From Pseudobdellovibrionaceae bacterium (GTDB lineage Bacteria; Bdellovibrionota; Bdellovibrionia; Bdellovibrionales; Bdellovibrionaceae): a stretch of DNA of 64,000 nucleotides. The stretch's first letter is position 1. Each line of letters opens with the position of its first letter. A program made the position numbers and the translations under genes. Location of the stretch: contig JBDHWW010000003.1 in NCBI GenBank assembly GCA_039810425.1, positions 32,001-96,000 on the forward strand. The letters run 5' to 3'. The notes under the pieces were generated by a model that worked only from the letters and a program-made list of their open reading frames with translations, made no database searches and was not told where the DNA came from. This document shows positions 9,605 through 17,784 of the stretch, piece by piece.

Positions 9605-11332
9605 CTATCGGCTACCGGCTGGGATTACGACGCCACCGCCAGTTCCTGTGGCTGGAAGGACACCCGTTCCAGTGTTTACACCATTGCCCGGAGCCGGGAT
9701 TGGAATGTTCGGATTACCCGTGCCACCAATTGTGTTGAACCCGCCACCGATGTTGAAACCACCACTAACTCCAAGGCTTGTGCCGTAAGAGCCGTAACCG
9801 TATTGAACTTGTTGGATTCTGTACATCAAGTTGTAAAGCTCAGATTGTAATCCCGCCATTGTCTGCTGACGAGCCATCTGATTTTGCATTTGCTGTTGAT
9901 ATTGTTGCATGTAGAGCTGGGTTTGCTGCTGTTGCATTTGCATCATTGCTTGCTGCATTTGCATTGAGCCCAAGCTGCCATCCATTCCACCCATACCGTA
10001 TGGATTCATCATTCCACCCATACCGTACGGATTCATCATTCCACCCATACCGTACGGATTCATCATTCCACCCATACCGTATGGATTCATCATTCCACCC
10101 ATACCGTATGGATTCATCATTCCACCACCCATACCGTACGGATTCATCATTCCACCACCTAAGCCACCATAGATGCCGCCGCCGATGCCGCCGCCCCAAG
10201 GACCCATACCACCAGCGTACATGCCGCCGCCATAGGGCGCACCAAACATTCCAGATGGATATCCGAAAGCACCACCGCCCATACCGCCATAGATGCCACC
10301 GCCTATGTTAGCACCGCCGCAGCCAAATGCACCCCCGCCAATACCGCCACCCAAAGCTCCGTACAAGCCGTTCGCTAAAAATGGAAGGCCATAGCCCCAT
10401 GTAGGATAAGACTGGCTTTGCCAGCCAGCCGCTGAGTTGTATTGAGCCACCATTTTGTTTTGTTGGTAACCCATATACATTGCAAGCAAACCCGTACCCA
10501 CATTTGCCGCAACACCCGCCCAGTTTGGCGCTTGTCTTTCGCCGCGATAACCATTGCCGGCCGCGAGACAAGTCAAACAAATCTCACTTTCGGTGCCAGC
10601 CTGACGGTCTTCCTTGTAACGTTGTTTTGCATCACGCAAAAGCTCTGGCAACTGACTTTTGTAGTCAGCGATACTGCTCTCAGAACGCTTGATGTCAGTT
10701 TCTGTTCTCTCCAAATCTGCTGTGTCCTTACGATACGAATCTAAAGCATCCTTACAATTCTTCGGAGAAGATCCGCCGCGATCTGACGCTGCATAGCCCG
10801 GAGTTGTACAAACTGCCGCATTGATAACGCCTTTACCTGGCTGGCAAACCGCCTGCCATTGTTTCGGGGAAAAACCTGCCGGTGCTTTCATGAGGCTCTT
10901 TTGAGCCCCGCCATCAGCGGGTGGAAGATCATGACCATCCTCTTCAACTTGAATGCGAGTTTTTACCGGTCTAACATCACCAGTGTCATACTCTTCGCAC
11001 GTGCGAAGGTTATCGATATGCTCAGTGATAGCAGAAGTGTATTTCGAATCGATCGTTTTCTCGATCATTTGGCGTGACTTGTCGAGACTTTTTTTAAGAT
11101 TGCGACGCTTGCGATTCAGCTCGTTAAGTTTTGCTTTTTCTTCCGACTCAGCCTTCTTTACATCATTGTACTCATCGAGGTAGCTGGCAGCACCGTCACC
11201 TGCAGAGACATTGTAGGGGCATGATTGTTGACCCATGATGATCCCGGCTCCCCCCATCTGTGCATTTGCAGATACCGCAAATAACGTTACGGAAGACACC
11301 GCAAGTATCGCTAATCGCTTTCCGAATTTCAT
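9605..11332 (-). CDS. Secreted hypothetical protein with coiled coils and a Gly/Met/Tyr/Gln low-complexity C-terminal half
   Basis: 575-aa ORF, AGGAG RBS, signal peptide, six MMNPYGM repeats, Gln-rich helix. Confidence 0.8.
   Translation of the reverse strand: MKFGKRLAILAVSSVTLFAVSANAQMGGAGIIMGQQSCPYNVSAGDGAASYLDEYNDVKKAESEEKAKLNELNRKRRNLKKSLDKSRQMIEKTIDSKYTSAITEHIDNLRTCEEYDTGDVRPVKTRIQVEEDGHDLPPADGGAQKSLMKAPAGFSPKQWQAVCQPGKGVINAAVCTTPGYAASDRGGSSPKNCKDALDSYRKDTADLERTETDIKRSESSIADYKSQLPELLRDAKQRYKEDRQAGTESEICLTCLAAGNGYRGERQAPNWAGVAANVGTGLLAMYMGYQQNKMVAQYNSAAGWQSQSYPTWGYGLPFLANGLYGALGGGIGGGAFGCGGANIGGGIYGGMGGGAFGYPSGMFGAPYGGGMYAGGMGPWGGGIGGGIYGGLGGGMMNPYGMGGGMMNPYGMGGMMNPYGMGGMMNPYGMGGMMNPYGMGGMMNPYGMGGMDGSLGSMQMQQAMMQMQQQQTQLYMQQYQQQMQNQMARQQTMAGLQSELYNLMYRIQQVQYGYGSYGTSLGVSGGFNIGGGFNTIGGTGNPNIPIPAPGNGVNTGTGVLPATGTGGGVVIPAGSR
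9983..10159. repeat. Coding tandem repeat, 27-30 nt unit, about 6.4 copies (GGMMNPYGM)
   Basis: Unit CATTCCACCCATACCGTAYGGATTCAT occurs five times, then a 30-nt variant and a partial copy; no spacers. Confidence 0.95.
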
Positions 11333-11374
11333 ATTCGCTCTCCTGAAACAAAAATGTACACTACTTCATTCAAC

Positions 11375-11402
11375 GTATCGTCAGGAGAAGACCGAGACTT
11401 GA
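11375..11402 (-). promoter_or_regulatory. Putative sigma28 (FliA) promoter for the 9605-11332 gene
   Basis: TCAA-N16-GACGATAC compared with the consensus TAAA-N15/16-GCCGATAA. Confidence 0.45.
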
Positions 11403-11506
11403 CTATCTTTTAGTCAAACTCGAGGAGGGTTTGTATAAACTGGACCTACATCCTTGTGAAGTCGTCATCCGTGACAAGCTTACTTTCCAATTCTACACTA
11501 AGTTTT

Positions 11507-12613
11507 ATGGCGAAGCATACAATTCTTTGCGTGGACGATGAACTAGACAATGTGGATGCGCTGGAGAGACTCTTTCGCAAGAACTATACAGTACTAAAGG
11601 CCACGTCTGGAGCACAGGGGTTGGAAGTCCTAGCCGAAAATCCAGGCGTTGCCCTGATAATCTCGGATCAAAGAATGCCGAGCATGACCGGCGTTGAGTT
11701 CCTTGAAAAGACCCAGCGCACCCATCCTGAAGCGCTCCGCATTCTCCTCACCGGTTATACGGACATCGAATCTGTGATTCAAGCCGTGAACCAGGGACAG
11801 ATTTACCGTTACCTTACGAAGCCGTGGGATTCGAATGACCTTCTGAACACCGTCGCAACAGCAACTCAGAAATATGAAATGGCGAAAGAGCTCAAAAAGA
11901 AAAACTTCGAGCTCGCTAAAGCCTTAAACGAATTGAAGAGCCTCGACAGGGCAAAAAGTAATTTCATGATTTTGATTAACCACGAGCTGAAAACTCCACT
12001 GACTTCGATCATCAGCTTTATCGGTCTTCTGAATGAAACACAGATGGATGACGAGCAGAAACTTTTCGTCAATCGCATCTCGCGCGGTGCTGATAAATTA
12101 AAATCCATCATCGATGACGTATTATTGATCGTGCGCGCTGAGACCAACCAATTAAAAGTGAGTTTGTCACCAGTGTCGTTTACAGGCGTACAAAACCTGC
12201 TAAATCCGGAAGTCAGCAATGTCCTTCAATACAAGCACCAGACGCTGATAGAAAAGAACCTGGCAGTGACAGCCGCAGCCGATAAGGATTTAATCCGCCA
12301 AGTTCTCAACAGACTCGTCCACAACGCCGCGAAGTTTGGCTCCGACAATAGCGAAATTTTTATTGAGGCATCCATGGCCGGCGACCGGCAAATTATTTAT
12401 TCAGTAACGAATACGGGACCGCAAATCGAAACGCCGATGATTGAGAAAATCCTGCGCCCGTTCTTCATTGATGAAGACGTCATGAATCATTCAACGGGCA
12501 TGGGTTTAGGGCTCAGTATTTGCCAATCCATCTTGGGGTTGCATCAATCGAAACTACGAATCGAAAACACAGACGAAGGTGTCCGTGTCTCTTTCAATCT
12601 ACCGGCTGCCTAG
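11507..12613 (+). CDS. Hybrid response regulator / sensor histidine kinase (REC-HisKA-HATPase)
   Basis: CVDDE and ISDQRMP receiver motifs; HELKTPL H-box; NAAKF N-box; GMGLGL G2-box. Start set at MAKHTIL. Confidence 0.92.
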   Translation: MAKHTILCVDDELDNVDALERLFRKNYTVLKATSGAQGLEVLAENPGVALIISDQRMPSMTGVEFLEKTQRTHPEALRILLTGYTDIESVIQAVNQGQIYRYLTKPWDSNDLLNTVATATQKYEMAKELKKKNFELAKALNELKSLDRAKSNFMILINHELKTPLTSIISFIGLLNETQMDDEQKLFVNRISRGADKLKSIIDDVLLIVRAETNQLKVSLSPVSFTGVQNLLNPEVSNVLQYKHQTLIEKNLAVTAAADKDLIRQVLNRLVHNAAKFGSDNSEIFIEASMAGDRQIIYSVTNTGPQIETPMIEKILRPFFIDEDVMNHSTGMGLGLSICQSILGLHQSKLRIENTDEGVRVSFNLPAA

Positions 12614-13494
12614 CGGCTGACTGCCTTCATTCTTAAATATCGTTCAGACTTCGGCACAAAAGGCTTTAGAGGTGTTGCCATGGACTTCGCCAGATTGATT
12701 CCGAGCTCCATGCCCGAGAAAGCTTGCTGTGCCGTTAAGAAATGCTTCTCCGCCCCGTAAAACGTAAAGGATGAGAAAGACGGGCCTGATTTGTAACCGG
12801 CACCTTCTTTCTTAATCTGATCTTGCAAAAATCCATTTGGTGTCAGCAATGCCAAGTCCCAACCGAGCGCCTGAGCCCAGCGCTTTTCTTCGTCACTAGA
12901 AACGGCGGTGAGCTCCACACCACGAAGGACTTGCTTACCACTCGCAGTCGTCATTTTTAAGAGGCCGTAAACTCCGTAATGAATTGCCGAGAGCATTTTA
13001 TTTTGTTCCCAAAAATCTTTTAGCAGGCGTTTTAGGTCTCCGTTTCCCGGCAGATCATACATTGCCGCCATACCGCCCGCGATCAGTATTGAGGAGTAAT
13101 CTTTGGCCTGAACCGCTGAAAGCTTTTTCGTGCTCGTCAGCTTTGCAACTGCATTTTCATCGCTCAGAAATCCCCGAGTGAGAGCATCATCAGCATTCAT
13201 TGCATTGAGATTACGTGGATCGCTTTTCTGTTCAATCGGTACGGCACCACCTTGCGGACTCGCGAAATCCACTTCATAGCCTGCGTTTAGCAATGCAAAG
13301 TATGGATGAACCGCGTCCGGCAGCCACACCCCCGTTTTGATCTGGCTGCTCCCCAGTTGCGCCCGGCTCGACAACACGATCAAGACTTTCCCTTTCGATA
13401 TGAGAAATGTATTACGAATCTCCGCATAGGCAGTCACGACCAGTACGGAAATACCAAGCACTGCAAGAATCGACTTTAGAATCAGGGGTTTCAT
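12610..13494 (-). CDS. DJ-1/PfpI (type 1 glutamine amidotransferase-like, Hsp31-type) protein with signal peptide
   Basis: KVLIVLSS, TGVWL, AGYEVDFASPQGG and AGGMAAMYDL motifs; AGGAG RBS before MKPLILK (13494). Confidence 0.78.
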   Translation of the reverse strand: MKPLILKSILAVLGISVLVVTAYAEIRNTFLISKGKVLIVLSSRAQLGSSQIKTGVWLPDAVHPYFALLNAGYEVDFASPQGGAVPIEQKSDPRNLNAMNADDALTRGFLSDENAVAKLTSTKKLSAVQAKDYSSILIAGGMAAMYDLPGNGDLKRLLKDFWEQNKMLSAIHYGVYGLLKMTTASGKQVLRGVELTAVSSDEEKRWAQALGWDLALLTPNGFLQDQIKKEGAGYKSGPSFSSFTFYGAEKHFLTAQQAFSGMELGINLAKSMATPLKPFVPKSERYLRMKAVSR

Positions 13495-13698
13495 CGGCGG
13501 CTCCTTTAAATGAGGCTCTAGGATCGCCAATATCCTGTTTGCTTGCGACCCAACAGTCTTCCGATTTTGTGAAATTACCTTCCAAGCACGGACCACCGGA
13601 TCTTAAAATCCGAATTTGGGATGCCGACGCCGCTAGAAGGACATTTGAGTCCAGCCCCGTTTTTGCTGAGAGCATTCTTTATGTCCAGCGAGGTGGTT

Positions 13699-15009
13699 AT
13701 GAGGAGCGGGGTCTTCGTCTTATTATGGATTTGTTTACAGGCTTCCACAGGCAATGCTGAGTCTTTGGTTTTAAAAATTGGCGAAGACTATCGTTTGCCC
13801 ATTCCTTCAAACCACCGGGTTTGGGTTCAAAACCGCAAGCTTCTGAGTATTTCTACCCAGGGTGGTTTCGTTATTTTAAACGGCCTGAACGAGGGCCAAA
13901 CCACCCTGCAAGTGGGAGGCAAAGGTTACCAAGTTCAAGTGATTCAACCGTTAAAAAGGAACTTGCTGCAAAACTTCGAGAAAGAACTGCGCAATGTCCT
14001 CGGCCTTAAAATTCAAATCAAAAAATACCAAGTCACGGTGACCGGCAAGATCTATCGCTGGGAAGACTGGCAGCTCCTCGCCAAAATCAGCGAAGACACC
14101 GGCGTCAGTTATGCGATGAGTGCTGAAATTCCACCGAGCCTGCAGGCAAAAGCGCTGGCTGCTTGGCAACAAGAGTTTGATCGCGCAGGCCTTGCAGCCC
14201 TGCCCGTGCATTTTGCTCGTCCTTTGCAAGCTCGAAGCGCCGTGGACCCGCAACTCTTTGCCAAATACTCAGATATCCTAGGGCCTTACGGCATTGTGCT
14301 TGAAAAAGATGCGCAGGCGTTGGATATGGCTCCCGTCGTAAAGGTTCAAATCACGGTGGCTGAAGTTCGCAGGGACTTTGCGCAGAAATATGGTCTTCAA
14401 TGGCCGGCCAGCTACTCCGCCAAGGTTTTGTCCAACGGGCAAACAGAGTTTGAAGATGTCATCTTCGCGGCCCAAGCGTTTGAACAACAAGGCCGCGGCA
14501 AAATCCTCGCAAGCCCGAATCTGATCTGTCGAAGCGGCAAAGAAGCGGAATTTCTCGCGGGCGGAGAGTTTCCGATCAAAATTTCCAACTATAAAACGCA
14601 GGATGTCGTTTGGAAAAAGTACGGGATCCTCTTAAAGGTGCGACCCAAGGCGGACTCTTCCGGGCGCATGAGCATTGGTATTGAAACCGAAGTATCCACC
14701 ATCGACAATAGCCGGACGGTTGAAGGCATTCCGGGGCTCTTGACGAACCGAATCTCTTCGCACTTTGATCTGAGCCGTTCGCAGACAATCGTCCTTTCAG
14801 GGCTGATTAAAAACGAAGAAGGCAAATCCACAGAGGGCCTTCCGGGCCTCAGCCGTATTCCCGTTTTGGGAGCGCTCTTTGGCAGCCGTGACTTCAAGGA
14901 AAATCGCACGGAATTAGTGATTCTTGTTCGCCCGTCGGTTGTGCGTGAAAATACCATGGCCGAAAGCGTGGATTCGTCTCAGCACCTTGGAGATATCAAA
15001 CATGATTGA
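13699..15009 (+). CDS. cpaC: Flp pilus secretin (RcpA/CpaC)
   Basis: Secretin motifs ILASPNL..SGKEAEFLAGGEFP and LPGLSRIPVLGALF..TELVILVRP; lies next to cpaF. The start could also be 13681. Confidence 0.88.
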   Translation: MRSGVFVLLWICLQASTGNAESLVLKIGEDYRLPIPSNHRVWVQNRKLLSISTQGGFVILNGLNEGQTTLQVGGKGYQVQVIQPLKRNLLQNFEKELRNVLGLKIQIKKYQVTVTGKIYRWEDWQLLAKISEDTGVSYAMSAEIPPSLQAKALAAWQQEFDRAGLAALPVHFARPLQARSAVDPQLFAKYSDILGPYGIVLEKDAQALDMAPVVKVQITVAEVRRDFAQKYGLQWPASYSAKVLSNGQTEFEDVIFAAQAFEQQGRGKILASPNLICRSGKEAEFLAGGEFPIKISNYKTQDVVWKKYGILLKVRPKADSSGRMSIGIETEVSTIDNSRTVEGIPGLLTNRISSHFDLSRSQTIVLSGLIKNEEGKSTEGLPGLSRIPVLGALFGSRDFKENRTELVILVRPSVVRENTMAESVDSSQHLGDIKHD

Positions 15010-16105
15010 GCAGTTCCGAGCGGCCTTCGCTAAAACCCAGCAGCACCTTCACGAAGCCGCCGACCGTGGCTACGGCCATGAGGAGTTTTGGCGCACACAA
15101 AACTCTGAAAAGTTCCGTGAGGCCCTCGAAGCCAGCCTGCACAATGAAGCTCCTGAAACACAAAAGCGGCTGACCGCTGAGTATTTTACCTATGGCCCAC
15201 TTGATCATTTATTTGCTGACGAAAACATCACAGAAATACTGGTGAACGGTCCTGAGTCGATCTGGTTTGAAAAAGACGGACGCCTACAGAGGCATCAGGA
15301 TCTTTTTCTCTCAGACTCTAGTTACAATAATGCCCTTCACCGTCTTTGTGAAAAATCTCAATGCCAAAGCACCGTGGAACACCCAGCAGCCACGGGATTC
15401 TTTGATGAGTTTAGACTCACTCTCGTTCGACAAGAACTCACCCGGAATCATCATCATTTGTCCCTACGACGACATCCGAAGAATCCTTGGACGTTGGAAC
15501 GGTTGCTGAGTTGCGGCTGGGCTTCAGAGTCTGAGATTCTAGTACTTCGCGATTTGATGAATCGTCAGCAGAACTTTCTCATTGTCGGCAGCACCGGCAG
15601 TGGTAAGACGTCGCTCATCAATGCTCTTCTACAGAGTATGCCCACAAATGAGCGGGCGATTGTCATCGAGGATACTCCGGAAATTGAGCTCCCGAACCCT
15701 GCGTGTATGAAGATGGTCACGCGCGAAGATCCTCAGGGCGTTTTGAAGAGTGTGACTCAAAGTGACCTCCTCAGGCACTCGCTGCGGCTTCGACCTGATC
15801 GCATTATAATGGGTGAAATCCGCGGCCCGGAAGCAAAAGATCTTCTGATGGCTTTAGCCACCGGTCACGGAGGGAGTTTCGGGACTTTGCACGCGAGTGA
15901 TCCTCGTCAGGCTCTGATTCGGCTCGAGATGCTGATTCAGATGGGTGCCCCGCAATGGAATCTGCAAGCCGTACGAAGGCTCATACATTTGAGCTTAAAC
16001 TGTATTTTAGTCGTAGAGAAAACGCCCGAAGGAAAAAGAAAATTCCAGGGAGCATATAAGATATGTTCCCTGGAAGAAAATGGCTTTTTAGTCGAAAAGA
16101 TTTAG
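15002..16105 (+). CDS. cpaF: Flp pilus assembly ATPase (CpaF/TadA)
   Basis: ITEILVNG, Walker A GSTGSGKT, IEDTPE, LRLRPDRIIMGEIRG and TGHGGSFGTLHA motifs. Confidence 0.92.
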   Translation: MIEQFRAAFAKTQQHLHEAADRGYGHEEFWRTQNSEKFREALEASLHNEAPETQKRLTAEYFTYGPLDHLFADENITEILVNGPESIWFEKDGRLQRHQDLFLSDSSYNNALHRLCEKSQCQSTVEHPAATGFFDEFRLTLVRQELTRNHHHLSLRRHPKNPWTLERLLSCGWASESEILVLRDLMNRQQNFLIVGSTGSGKTSLINALLQSMPTNERAIVIEDTPEIELPNPACMKMVTREDPQGVLKSVTQSDLLRHSLRLRPDRIIMGEIRGPEAKDLLMALATGHGGSFGTLHASDPRQALIRLEMLIQMGAPQWNLQAVRRLIHLSLNCILVVEKTPEGKRKFQGAYKICSLEENGFLVEKI

Positions 16106-16108
16106 ACA

Positions 16109-16468
16109 CTATCTCTCGGTTGGCACACTCTGGTAGTTCGAGTTTTGCTCGATATTTTTGAGAGTCTCTTCTGAGAAGGTACCTTCATCTTCTTGCACAG
16201 CGCTGCGTGGATTGAAGAACTTCTCTGCAATGTCTTCAACTGCTTTCGCGCGAGCGCTTTCTTTGCTTGCATTCTTGTATGTTGCTATCGGTTCCGGGGA
16301 GCGATTGTTCGCAAGCGAACTGAGACTCACGCGGTCCTGTACATCTAAAGAGCGGCTCTGAATAGGGCGGCCAAACTCCGGAGCCCCCGGACGCACCGGT
16401 TGATTGCTCCCGATGTCTACTGTCGTAACCCGTCTGCTGGGCGGAAGAATGCGGCTGATCTTTTCCAT
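16109..16468 (-). CDS. Hypothetical protein, possibly FlgM-like
   Basis: GGAGG RBS; DRVSLSSLA and VEDIAEKF segments; sigma28 promoter upstream. Confidence 0.7.
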   Translation of the reverse strand: MEKISRILPPSRRVTTVDIGSNQPVRPGAPEFGRPIQSRSLDVQDRVSLSSLANNRSPEPIATYKNASKESARAKAVEDIAEKFFNPRSAVQEDEGTFSEETLKNIEQNSNYQSVPTER

Positions 16469-16521
16469 CTCTCACCTCCGTGTGGAGACTGTTTCTATGA
16501 GCCATCCTAGCTCATAACTCC

Positions 16522-16548
16522 GTATCGGCTTGAGACGTTCAAACTTGA
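16522..16548 (-). promoter_or_regulatory. Sigma28 (FliA) promoter
   Basis: TCAAGTTTGAACGTCTCAAGCCGATAC = TCAA-N15-GCCGATAC. Confidence 0.75.
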
Positions 16549-16583
16549 GACATATTCCGGAAAACTAGACCTTGTTCTAGAGG

Positions 16584-17693
16584 CTACCGCTTCGCACGGT
16601 CATACTGCACAGGCCACTTCAGGTCCACGCCGAGCTCTTTTGCCGCGTGCAATGGGAAATACGGGTCGCGGAGGAGTTCTCTGCCAATGAAAAGCGCGTC
16701 GGCCGCGCCCTCTTTCAAAATCATTTCGGCCTGCGCGCCCGAAGTAATGATGCCGACAGCGCCGGTAAAGATCTGCGCTTGATCGCGAATGGCTGCGGCA
16801 AAAGGAACTTGGTAACCTGGGCCCGCAGGTATTTTTGCTTGCGCCGTTGAGCCGCCAGAAGAGCAATCGATCAAATCAACGCCGACTTCTTTGAGCTGTT
16901 TTGCGAACACGATGCTTTGTGGAAGGTCCCAGCCGTCGTCAACCCAGTCCGTAGCAGAAATGCGCACAAACACCGGCCACTTCGCAGGCCAAATCTTACG
17001 AACACATTCTGCGACTTCCAAAGGAAGGCGCATACGGTTTTCCAGCGAACCGCCGTAATCATCGGCGCGGTGATTCGACAACGGCGATAAAAATGCATGC
17101 AGCAAGTATCCATGGGCCGCATGAATCTCGACGACTTCAAAGCCGGCGTCGAGAGCCCGCTGAGCCGCGGTTTCAAAATCCTGCACAACCGATTCGATGT
17201 CTTTTTTTGTCATCTCTCGTGGCACCACGTGGTCACTGCTGAATGCAATGGGACTTGGCCCCTCCGGCATCCACCCGCCTTGCTTGCCATCGACAGCCCC
17301 GCCTCCATGCCATGGAGAAGCGATTGAAGCTTTTCGTCCCGCATGCGCCAACTGAATCCCCGCAACAGCCCCATGCTCCTTCAAAAAAGCGACAATCGGT
17401 TTAAAGGCGTCCCGTTGGGTGTTGTTCCAAATTCCCAAATCCGCCGATGAAATACGACCCACGGGGTGAACAGCGGTGGCTTCGACCATCACAAGACCTG
17501 CTCCGCCGACCGCACGGCTGCCAAGATGAACCATGTGCCAATTGTTCGGCACGCCATCCATCGCCGAGTACTGGCACATCGGTGACATAAAAATGCGATT
17601 TTTAATATTCAACTCACGCAAACGAATCGGCGTAAAGAGTTTCGTTGCATGAGTTGTCAGCGGTGTGTGGGTTTGAACATCCATATGAGACAT
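16584..17693 (-). CDS. NADH:flavin oxidoreductase / old yellow enzyme (YqjM/NamA-like)
   Basis: KNRIFMSPMCQYS, QLAHAGRKA, EIHAAHGYLL and GRELLRDPY motifs. Confidence 0.93.
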   Translation of the reverse strand: MSHMDVQTHTPLTTHATKLFTPIRLRELNIKNRIFMSPMCQYSAMDGVPNNWHMVHLGSRAVGGAGLVMVEATAVHPVGRISSADLGIWNNTQRDAFKPIVAFLKEHGAVAGIQLAHAGRKASIASPWHGGGAVDGKQGGWMPEGPSPIAFSSDHVVPREMTKKDIESVVQDFETAAQRALDAGFEVVEIHAAHGYLLHAFLSPLSNHRADDYGGSLENRMRLPLEVAECVRKIWPAKWPVFVRISATDWVDDGWDLPQSIVFAKQLKEVGVDLIDCSSGGSTAQAKIPAGPGYQVPFAAAIRDQAQIFTGAVGIITSGAQAEMILKEGAADALFIGRELLRDPYFPLHAAKELGVDLKWPVQYDRAKR

Positions 17694-17715
17694 AAAAGCA
17701 AAATATCACTCTCCA

Positions 17716-17743
17716 CTGTAGGTGTAAAGCTGTGGGTGTAAAG
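17716..17743. repeat. 14-nt tandem direct repeat overlapping a putative sigma70 -35 box of the OYE gene
   Basis: CTGTAGGTGTAAAG / CTGTGGGTGTAAAG; on the minus strand the proximal copy gives TTTACA-N17-TATTTT. Confidence 0.55.
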
Positions 17744-17784
17744 AAGGTGCCGTCACTATGTCGTTGGACACGGACCCTTCGGCC

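Noticed and set aside
9983..10159. Regular 27-30 nt repeats as a CRISPR array
   Set aside because: The units are contiguous with no spacers, vary only at a synonymous position or by one whole codon, lie in frame in a CDS, and no cas genes are present.
5528..16105. Identification as the Bdellovibrio hit-locus tad cluster
   Set aside because: No RHS-family gene, tadB/tadC or paired flp genes of the kind I recall for that locus; the flanking genes are folD and aspS.
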